Positions 9,669-17,798 of a stretch of DNA of 32,000 bases are shown here, one piece after another (within the stretch, counting starts at the first letter, position 1; the number at the start of each line of letters is the position of its first letter). The DNA lies in contig NJBF01000034.1 of the NCBI GenBank assembly GCA_003144275.1, positions 1-32,000 on the forward strand, given 5' to 3'. The stretch is from Candidatus Heimdallarchaeota archaeon B3_Heim (lineage in GTDB: Archaea; Asgardarchaeota; Heimdallarchaeia; Hodarchaeales; Hodarchaeaceae). The notes under the pieces are model-generated. The model did not search any database and was not told the DNA's origin. It saw only the letters and a program-made list of their open reading frames with translations. Position numbers and translations under genes: made by a program.

Positions 9669-10622
9669 GTGACTAATTCAATGACGTTCTATGAGGAGCA
9701 AAATCCCAAAGATATCAGTATTTCTCAAATTTTGCCTGCTCTTAACAAATTTCTACCTAATACTAACAAAAACGATATAAAATTTCTCTATCATGGAACA
9801 TACAATGTTTTTGAGGTCAAAAACGATTTTATCTTTCGTATTCCTGATGAATCTTTAAGGAACACGAAAGGAATCCAATTAATACAGAGAGAGGATAAAA
9901 TTCTAAAATTAATAAAACCGCATCTTTCAATTCTAATTCCTGATCCAGTTTTCATTGATTTAACTAGAAATACACCGCTAATGGGTTACAAAAAGATACC
10001 AGGAATTTCTCTATCAAAATTTATACACAAAATTGATAATACGTATCTTATTAAGCTTGCAAAATCCATTGGTAGATTTTTGAATCAACTGCACAATAAA
10101 AAACTGGTTAAGATATATACTGATAATTTTGGTGTAGATTACACAAATTTCATTGATTCATACCATGACGTTTGGGAAAAGGAATATCGTGAAGTAAAAT
10201 CTATTGTTTGGTCCTTTGTTGAAGACTATCAGAAAGCTTGGATTCAAACTCTATACACCCGCTTCTTATCTAAAATTAGTGATTTCACCTTTGAACCAAC
10301 AATTGTCCATGGAGATTTTGATACCTCTAATATCCTTGTTGATCCCATTTCGTGTAATCTTTCAGGAATTATAGATTTCGAAGAGACTAAGATTTTCGAC
10401 CCTGCAGTTGATTTTCTCTTTTTCCGGGAAGGTAAGCTCTTTCTAAATGAATTAATGGCCACTTATAATGGAGTAATTGATAAGTACTTTGTTGAAAGGA
10501 TGCAATTCACATTCTCAAGGGCTTTCATTCCCTATATTCTATATGGAGCAAACAATAACATTCCAACACTGATTGAGGCAGGTTTGCAACTCCTTTCAGA
10601 ACGAATGACGATATTCCCATAG
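9669..10622 (+). CDS. Aminoglycoside phosphotransferase / choline kinase-like kinase
   Basis: FIFRIP, Brenner motif HGDFDTSNILV, GIIDFEE and DPAVDF. Confidence 0.85.
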   Translation: MTNSMTFYEEQNPKDISISQILPALNKFLPNTNKNDIKFLYHGTYNVFEVKNDFIFRIPDESLRNTKGIQLIQREDKILKLIKPHLSILIPDPVFIDLTRNTPLMGYKKIPGISLSKFIHKIDNTYLIKLAKSIGRFLNQLHNKKLVKIYTDNFGVDYTNFIDSYHDVWEKEYREVKSIVWSFVEDYQKAWIQTLYTRFLSKISDFTFEPTIVHGDFDTSNILVDPISCNLSGIIDFEETKIFDPAVDFLFFREGKLFLNELMATYNGVIDKYFVERMQFTFSRAFIPYILYGANNNIPTLIEAGLQLLSERMTIFP

Positions 10623-10638
10623 TAAAATTATATTGCTT

Positions 10639-11481
10639 TCAATTCAGTGGAACTTGGACTCGCTCATGTGAAGCAATTTTACTTACCGATTTCAAGCCAT
10701 TCTTCTTTAAAAAATGAACCGTAGGTTCAAATGCATATCCTACATCTGCAGGACGATGAGCATCGCTTCCAATAACAAGAGGAATCTTTCTCTCTATTAA
10801 TTCCTTGATAATACGTTTGTTTGGGTATAATTCTTTTTCAGATTTTCTTAATCCAGAAGTGTTAATTTCGACTGCCATATTACTAGTTTCGAGCGCATCT
10901 AACACTCGTAATATGCTTTCCCATATTCTCTCTTCATTATCAGTTGTAAAGCCGAGTTTCTTAATGACATCAAAATGTCCAAGAATATCATAGAAATTAC
11001 TTCTGACTAGTTCAAGTAAATCGCTGTAATATGACAATTGCAGGGTATCTTTCCCATTATTTTTTCGTGATAACTCATCTGGCAATGTAAATGAACTATC
11101 AATTGGTATGATGTGATCTTTCCATTTTAAACCATGTATAGATCCGATTAAATAATCCAGATCAGATAAATACGGTTTTAATGCTTGTTTGTATTGCGAA
11201 AAGATAGGTTTATGGAAGTCGACTTCAAAAGCAACCATGGTTTGGATCTTTGATTTGAAGTTCTCTTGTAATTCCTTTGCAGTGGATAAATAATTCGGTA
11301 ATTCAGAAATATCCATAGCATACCTGTGAAACTGGGGAGGTAAGAGACACATTGGAAAATGGCCACTAAGTCCAATCTCAGGTAGCCCAAGAGAAATCGC
11401 TACTCGAATATATTCCATTAAATGACCATCAGCGTGATTACAACGAAATGAATGAGTATGATAATCACCAGGCAAGAACAT
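10639..11481 (-). CDS. PHP-family histidinol-phosphatase (HisJ-like)
   Basis: DYHTHS..C.HA, IGSIH, GHFD, EINTSGLRK and GSDAH. Start taken at MFLPG (11481). Confidence 0.85.
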   Translation of the reverse strand: MFLPGDYHTHSFRCNHADGHLMEYIRVAISLGLPEIGLSGHFPMCLLPPQFHRYAMDISELPNYLSTAKELQENFKSKIQTMVAFEVDFHKPIFSQYKQALKPYLSDLDYLIGSIHGLKWKDHIIPIDSSFTLPDELSRKNNGKDTLQLSYYSDLLELVRSNFYDILGHFDVIKKLGFTTDNEERIWESILRVLDALETSNMAVEINTSGLRKSEKELYPNKRIIKELIERKIPLVIGSDAHRPADVGYAFEPTVHFLKKNGLKSVSKIASHERVQVPLN

Positions 11482-11645
11482 TACACATCTAAACTCACAT
11501 AATTGTTGTATGAGATAAAAGGATGACATCAATACGAATAATTATACGATTTACAAGGTCTCGCTAACCAGATGTTGCGTAATAGGTAGGTATTTCGTAG
11601 TGTATTTAACCCATCAGGAATAGTAACCAACTAGGTCGATACACA

Positions 11646-13349
11646 ATGACAATTTTCGAAGAGGCCGAAAGTCTTTGGAAAACGTATGTAGCTCATAAAA
11701 AGTGGTTTTCCACGGTATTAGGCGAGACGTGGTATGTACGTTATCCGGTGGATTCAATCGGAACGGAAGAAGCTAAAACCTACAAACGGTCCCTTTTCTT
11801 GGGTGATGATTCTGTTCATGCATGGGAGGCAACAGGTGTACGTAACAAAATTATCCAGCGTTTGATTGATAGCTCTGAATGGAAAATTCGTCCGTGGTAC
11901 GGTGATCTTGGATTTTTTGCTGACCAGATTAGATTTCTTCCTCCCGTTCCAGAAAATGAGTTAGATTTTGTTGTTCGGAAATCATTATTAGCTGAAGATT
12001 ATTTCTCTAGCAGAGATCGGTTTAAAGATACCCGAATCGGACTTCTTAGCTTTCTAGACCCTGAGATAACGGAAAAACCCGAACAGTCCTCATTCATATA
12101 TGATTTAAATCGACCAGAAGATATTGCAAAAAAATATTCAAAATGTCAAATTGAACTTTATGGCTTATTGTCGATAATAATCACTAAACTCTATATCTTA
12201 TCGGATGAAGAAGTATCAGAAGTCATAGATTTCCTTTTTGATTATGACACAGCCGATAAATTACTTGTACGTCGTTTCATTAAACCTAATCGGGATGATA
12301 ATCGTCCCTTCATCGGGGAGCAAAATCCTCATACAAAATTGAAACCTAACTTCTTACTTCGATATATTGCCGGTGAAGATCCAGAATATTTTCCCTACCG
12401 CATCTTTCACTTATGGCTTCGCTTATTGCTAGCGTTTGACGCGAAGGCAGTTACAGTCCTAGAGGATATGAAAATTGATGTCGTTGAAGAATTCCCTGAT
12501 ATTGAGACAATGAAGAGCGCTTTGCTCTTTTCGACAAGGTTGAATCAATTTAATACAGTGAAAGATAATTTCAGAGCAAAATTGAGAAGTGAATATGCTC
12601 AACAGCGCAATTATAGTGGATATATGTCAGAATTTATTCATATTCTACAAAGTCAGAGAGAACTATTTACTGAGAAGCCCAATTCTACCGTTCTTTCGAT
12701 GCTTGATTTAACAAAGTACCAATCTCAATTCCTATGTCGTGAATTAGGTGACGTAATGATTGAATCAGTCCTGAAAAATCTGGGAAAGCAAATACCTGAA
12801 CCTGAAGGTGTGAGTAAGATTCAATCGAGGCTAATTTTGAATCGAAGAATCAATAATCTTGAAAAATATGTACTCACCAAGGAAGTTGAAGCTGAAGTTA
12901 TAAATATTATAATAAACTTGCATACGCATTTAGGGAGTGAAGCAGAGGAACAAGCTATTGAGGATGCGTTCAAAATTACCTATGATACTCTAGTTCCAAG
13001 AGGAGAAGTTTATTTCAATGAATTAGAGAAAGAAGTTAAAGAGGCTCAAGCTGAAACAGGGGGTATGGATGTAAGAAAGGAACTAATGGAAACTACAGAT
13101 ACACCGCAGAATTTAGCTAAACAGTATGGTAACAAAGCACTTAATCTTGTTGACGACGAAGCTTCAGTAGCTGACATATATTCAAGCATACTAGCATTAA
13201 AAAGTACTGAACTAGCATTTGGAGGAGGAAATATTTCAATATTACAGCAAAGAAAGATTACTCAGTCATTTATTGAGCTATTTAAAGAAGAGTTTAGATT
13301 CCTGGGGTTATTAACGAAAACTTCGGTTGATGGAGCACAGGAGGAATAA
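11646..13349 (+). CDS. Hypothetical 567-aa soluble, largely helical protein (gene 1 of GTPase operon)
   Basis: Long ORF with no TM segments and no recognised motif; 5 nt from the next gene. Confidence 0.8.
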   Translation: MTIFEEAESLWKTYVAHKKWFSTVLGETWYVRYPVDSIGTEEAKTYKRSLFLGDDSVHAWEATGVRNKIIQRLIDSSEWKIRPWYGDLGFFADQIRFLPPVPENELDFVVRKSLLAEDYFSSRDRFKDTRIGLLSFLDPEITEKPEQSSFIYDLNRPEDIAKKYSKCQIELYGLLSIIITKLYILSDEEVSEVIDFLFDYDTADKLLVRRFIKPNRDDNRPFIGEQNPHTKLKPNFLLRYIAGEDPEYFPYRIFHLWLRLLLAFDAKAVTVLEDMKIDVVEEFPDIETMKSALLFSTRLNQFNTVKDNFRAKLRSEYAQQRNYSGYMSEFIHILQSQRELFTEKPNSTVLSMLDLTKYQSQFLCRELGDVMIESVLKNLGKQIPEPEGVSKIQSRLILNRRINNLEKYVLTKEVEAEVINIIINLHTHLGSEAEEQAIEDAFKITYDTLVPRGEVYFNELEKEVKEAQAETGGMDVRKELMETTDTPQNLAKQYGNKALNLVDDEASVADIYSSILALKSTELAFGGGNISILQQRKITQSFIELFKEEFRFLGLLTKTSVDGAQEE

Positions 13350-13354
13350 AAAAT

Positions 13355-15301
13355 ATGGTAGACTTATCTAACATCGAGAAACAACTGGAAGACGAATTTG
13401 GTCAATTGGGAATTAATTATTTATTTCCCCAGCTAGATGTTATTCGTTCAGCTCGAAATTTAGCATCTAATATCGAAGATGCACGATTAATGACAGAGAA
13501 ATTCTTCTTATCCTATAAAATGATTGAGCAATGGCTAGCTCCGGTAATTGTTCCAATTAATGATAACTTATTTGGTCTAGAATCACATTTACGTGACCTT
13601 CAATCGCAAATTAAGCATCTCATTACAGAAGAAGAGATAATATATTGGAAAGATGTAGCAAATAGTGAAAATGCCAGTATTAAGTCCTTATTTTCTGATA
13701 TCGACTCACTACGGAAGTATATTCTCGATCAACGTGCAAAATTACTTCAATCCGCACATCGACATGAATTACCAGAGTTATTTGGTTTAGTCCTTTGGCC
13801 TTATACTGAATACACTGATGTAAAAGACGCAGTAAATGATGTACGGAAGATTTATTTTGGGCCAAACAATAGTTATCGAAAACAAAATCTTCTAACTGAT
13901 GCATTAATACTTACCGCATTATCGGAAGATGTATTAACTCATAAATCACAAACAAGGCAATCGTTCCATCAAATTGATAGTTTAATCGAAACCTCTCTTA
14001 CTTTTAGACGGGTTGAGGAGCAATTTGAATGGTCTAAGTATCAGCGAGATCCAAGTGACGGACAGTTTAATGAAGGTCAAGTGTTCTCAATAATGGACAA
14101 TTTAATGCCTGGATATCCACGTGATGAACTCAGAAAAGGACTGAACACATTTTATGATTCATCTCTCGATAAGTACCCCATTGGTAAGTTTATAGCATGG
14201 CTTTCAGATATCATGCGTATGAATACTATGGCAAAAAGTCAGGGGGAAGACCGACCAGGTGAATTACGACTCAAGAAGGAGCATTTACTAGGGCTCTCAA
14301 TTATGGATAAACATCGCAACAGCGAAGTACTTGGGAATATTGGAGATCTGCAAGGCACATTTGAAAGAATACTAGCGCCATTTCACGAATTGAAACAGAA
14401 TAATGTGTTCATGCAAAGTTCTCAATTTGTGATAGATAATGTGCTAGAAATTCCTTCAAGAGCCTGGATATACGACTACAGTGGTGTTGAAACAGAAATC
14501 CTTAGATCCACTCTATTCATGCTATCTGATAGACAGCCAAAGTTTGATGTCTTAGAAATTTGTCAAAAATTATCCAATATTGTCTTATCAGGCAGAGTTA
14601 ATAGGAATGATCTTAATGATGGGAATTATGTCTTAACGAATAAATTATCTGTCAGATTGTGGGACTATATCAGCAATCAACTGATGAAACTTCTTGAAGA
14701 GACGTTGATTCACGAGGAAATTCAATCTGTTCGTTTGCTTAAGAGCATCTTTTCAAGTGAGGATACGACATCATTGATCACTGCAAAGAAATTTGCTCCA
14801 GTATACCAAGTAAATATCGATTTCAAGCGGGGAATCTCTTTTGATGAGAAGGGTGTTCATCCAGAGACATTAAGCATTTGGATCCGCTCTGGATTTCCAT
14901 TTGAATATCGCTACGCCCAAATGGCCGGCTATCCTTGGTTTTTTGACACAAACCTTTTACTAGAATCACTTGTAATTGAAGCTTTATCTCTTCCATCCTT
15001 TAAAGTTTCTTCACTTCATGAAAATGTTAAATTACGACAAGCAGTATTTATGGTTGATGATTTAACTTATATTATCTATTATGATACTCATCCCGAGGGA
15101 ATATCTGCGTTGGCGTTTAAAGAAGTCGATATTATGGATGAAGCTGGTATTGATCCTGTTGAGATTATTTATCGTCCCCACAAATACCTATCATTGGGTC
15201 CAGAGAAAAATAATTTACATTTAGTTTTAGATAATGCACGTGCTAAAGATCCTAAGGATCTAATGACTGTTATTTCAAATATTAAGTATAAAAGGAGATA
15301 G
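13355..15301 (+). CDS. Hypothetical 648-aa protein with N-terminal coiled-coil-like region and putative C-terminal longin-like domain (gene 2)
   Basis: Long ORF; RBS GGAGG upstream. The C-terminal LSIWIRSGFPFEY...DTNLLLESLVIEAL...AVFMVDDLTYIIYYD follows a longin-like beta-beta-alpha-beta-beta-beta pattern (inference). Confidence 0.78.
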   Translation: MVDLSNIEKQLEDEFGQLGINYLFPQLDVIRSARNLASNIEDARLMTEKFFLSYKMIEQWLAPVIVPINDNLFGLESHLRDLQSQIKHLITEEEIIYWKDVANSENASIKSLFSDIDSLRKYILDQRAKLLQSAHRHELPELFGLVLWPYTEYTDVKDAVNDVRKIYFGPNNSYRKQNLLTDALILTALSEDVLTHKSQTRQSFHQIDSLIETSLTFRRVEEQFEWSKYQRDPSDGQFNEGQVFSIMDNLMPGYPRDELRKGLNTFYDSSLDKYPIGKFIAWLSDIMRMNTMAKSQGEDRPGELRLKKEHLLGLSIMDKHRNSEVLGNIGDLQGTFERILAPFHELKQNNVFMQSSQFVIDNVLEIPSRAWIYDYSGVETEILRSTLFMLSDRQPKFDVLEICQKLSNIVLSGRVNRNDLNDGNYVLTNKLSVRLWDYISNQLMKLLEETLIHEEIQSVRLLKSIFSSEDTTSLITAKKFAPVYQVNIDFKRGISFDEKGVHPETLSIWIRSGFPFEYRYAQMAGYPWFFDTNLLLESLVIEALSLPSFKVSSLHENVKLRQAVFMVDDLTYIIYYDTHPEGISALAFKEVDIMDEAGIDPVEIIYRPHKYLSLGPEKNNLHLVLDNARAKDPKDLMTVISNIKYKRR

Positions 15302-15306
15302 AAACA

Positions 15307-16410
15307 ATGTCAGACACAAGAGAAGAATCAATAAATGCTGGAAGACTTCTCGTTGTAGGTACTCAAGGCGGTGGTAAAACCGCATTAGTAACCATACTAG
15401 CAGCCCGTACAGATCAATCAATGAGTTATGAAGAGGATTTCGGGGGTACAATCGAAACAGAATATCTACGTATTTCATTTGATGAAGGGCGATTTTTTAG
15501 CCTATTATTGCCCGTAGGTGGGCAAGAAAAGTGGCAGAAATTACGTGAACGTTTTGGTAGTACAGCAGAGGGTATGATTATTATTTTAGATTCTTGTACC
15601 AAGAAATTCTGGGTTAATTCTTTATCACAAGCTACATCTATCTCCTCTTTCTTACCGTATGACAATTACCCAATTGCTCCTGTAGTAACCAAACGAGATT
15701 TGAATGAAGGAATTCGTAAAGAAATAGATAATTTCGCACAGACAATCATGGACGGTTTAGAACAGGCCAAAACGTCTCCCATCGTATATTATAGTCGGGG
15801 TTTCCGTATAACAGAAAGAAAAGTTGATCTTCTTGGAGAAATAGTCCCATTCACGATCTTAGAACAGATTATTATCAACAGCTTAGAGTCAAAGTATTTC
15901 ACTGGATTAGTACCAGGTAATGCACGAAAAGGGAAAGTACTGTTGCCAGGATTTAGCCTAGTAAATTGTCGAATTTTGAGTAGAGCATTAACCCAAGAAT
16001 TATGTACTACAACCGAGGGAGACCAGATGGAAATCCTCGGGTTATTGAATGATATGAGACCTAGTATGCTTGAATTAGACACTAATTGGGTTGATTTACT
16101 ACAAAAATATCCTAAAGCAGGAGCTGAACCTCAAGTAAATATAAATGATTTATCACTTGAAGCAATAAAAGATACCATACTCAACAATCTCCTAGCAAGT
16201 GATGCAGATATTAGTGATTTTGTATCAAAACTTGGAACTCTTAATCCAAAGACAGGATGGAGCGTAAGTGGTCATGAACATATCTCAATTTTCGAAGATG
16301 AGGGATTAGGATCTGCAGCTACTCTTATAAGAAAAATGATGGTTGATGTGAAAGAGAGCGTTCGAGTAGACAAATTCAGTGTATTTAATCCAATTGAAGA
16401 ACTTTTTTAG
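15307..16410 (+). CDS. Divergent small-GTPase-family P-loop protein with large internal insertion (gene 3)
   Basis: G1 GTQGGGKT, G2 GTIET, G3-like PVGGQE, G4 TKRD; RBS GGAG upstream. Confidence 0.85.
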   Translation: MSDTREESINAGRLLVVGTQGGGKTALVTILAARTDQSMSYEEDFGGTIETEYLRISFDEGRFFSLLLPVGGQEKWQKLRERFGSTAEGMIIILDSCTKKFWVNSLSQATSISSFLPYDNYPIAPVVTKRDLNEGIRKEIDNFAQTIMDGLEQAKTSPIVYYSRGFRITERKVDLLGEIVPFTILEQIIINSLESKYFTGLVPGNARKGKVLLPGFSLVNCRILSRALTQELCTTTEGDQMEILGLLNDMRPSMLELDTNWVDLLQKYPKAGAEPQVNINDLSLEAIKDTILNNLLASDADISDFVSKLGTLNPKTGWSVSGHEHISIFEDEGLGSAATLIRKMMVDVKESVRVDKFSVFNPIEELF

Positions 16411-16670
16411 GAGTTTCCATAAGGGAGTGCATTGAGTGAAATCACTGGCGGGGAATTGCTAAACGAGTACATAATTTTTTGTTGAAACTCATCAAAAGAA
16501 TACATTTGGCCTTCATCATCCTTAATGTGAAAGCAAGACTCTTTGACTAGAATCTCAAAAACGTCTGGGGCCATCGTAGGATAGAATGTGTTACTACTTA
16601 ATACACCAAGAGAGATAATTTGAGTTTGTTTGGGTTGAGCACTTCTTTCAAGATAAAAATGTGAGTTCAT
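16407..16670 (-). CDS. Small hypothetical protein (87 aa)
   Basis: ATG-started ORF filling the intergenic gap, convergent with the GTPase (4-nt overlap); no motif. Confidence 0.5.
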   Translation of the reverse strand: MNSHFYLERSAQPKQTQIISLGVLSSNTFYPTMAPDVFEILVKESCFHIKDDEGQMYSFDEFQQKIMYSFSNSPPVISLNALPYGNS

Positions 16671-16772
16671 AGATCATAAACTTGACTCCAGGTCTATAAT
16701 CGGGGATGTTATCTAAGGATTACGATCAGGACTGATAATGTCAACATTGATATTACATCAATATTTTTTTTC

Positions 16773-17798
16773 TCACTTGTTCTGAACAGTGGAGATATCT
16801 GATAATTTCCAAACATCTTCATCTACTACATAGCTGATCAGATTTTTTTCCTGTAATATAGAGAGAACTGCATCAATTTCTTCATGAGAAAGCTCGGGGA
16901 TGTTTCGACACAGTTCTTCAGCCTGAGCAGGTTTTTGATCTAAAAGTTTAAGGATTTTTTTTTCATTAGAAGTTTTAACCTGATTAAAAGCATTTTTTAA
17001 TGTTTTAGAACTCTCTAGTGGAAATTCTATAATATCAATATCCTCCTGATCTTCGTGATGTAAAGTATGATGTACCCGCTCTAAAACTGCTAAATGAACC
17101 TCTTGGATAAAACTTCTAGGTACTCCTTTATCTAAACCTATTTGAACTGGAGTTGTCAATCCCACTGTTTGTAGTTCCAATACTCCACGAGTGAGTCGTA
17201 AGCCAAATAATATAAGACGCAGAACAATCAAAATAACAAGAATACTGATGATTATAACCGTCATTTGTGCCAAGAAGGAATCTATCAAAACATTTGTTAA
17301 TATAAACATCATTAGTGAAACTGTGAGTGTTCCTAATAGAGCTAATCCTAGCGCTCCTCGATTAAATGGTGCACGTCCATACGAGATAATTGAAATTTGA
17401 TCGATTGAAAGAGAAAGCTCACGTTTGACCCTAAGAATTTTTTCCAGAATACTTAGGTACTTTATTACCACTCGTTCAGAAGATAAGAAAATCATTTCCA
17501 CTCGTGTAGCAGAGTATACAACACCAATAAAAAGAAGAGCTAGTAATGTAGTTATCATTATGAAGGGAATGAATAATGTAGAGTTAAATATCCCTAATAA
17601 AATTACACTAATTATCACAACAAGAATAATAAAGGCCGCTAAATATAGAGATTCAGAAAAATAGATGATTTCTGTTGCCGATACTAGCTTTTCTTCGTGA
17701 ATCAACATTTTTTTCGCTTCATTGTTCAAGTTATACACCCCAACGAGTAAAGCCAACATCCTTAATCGAAATTTTTGGCGAATGTCCCTAATAATCAT
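16773..17798 (-). CDS. Membrane protein with bacterial PH-like domain and C-terminal winged-helix
   Basis: Two TM hairpins flank IFLSSERVVIKY...LSIDQISIISY (bPH-like). C-terminal EKKILKLLDQKPAQAEELCRNIPELSHEEIDAVLSILQEKNLISY is wHTH-like. The start overlaps the upstream stop. Confidence 0.72.
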   Translation of the reverse strand: MIIRDIRQKFRLRMLALLVGVYNLNNEAKKMLIHEEKLVSATEIIYFSESLYLAAFIILVVIISVILLGIFNSTLFIPFIMITTLLALLFIGVVYSATRVEMIFLSSERVVIKYLSILEKILRVKRELSLSIDQISIISYGRAPFNRGALGLALLGTLTVSLMMFILTNVLIDSFLAQMTVIIISILVILIVLRLILFGLRLTRGVLELQTVGLTTPVQIGLDKGVPRSFIQEVHLAVLERVHHTLHHEDQEDIDIIEFPLESSKTLKNAFNQVKTSNEKKILKLLDQKPAQAEELCRNIPELSHEEIDAVLSILQEKNLISYVVDEDVWKLSDISTVQNK

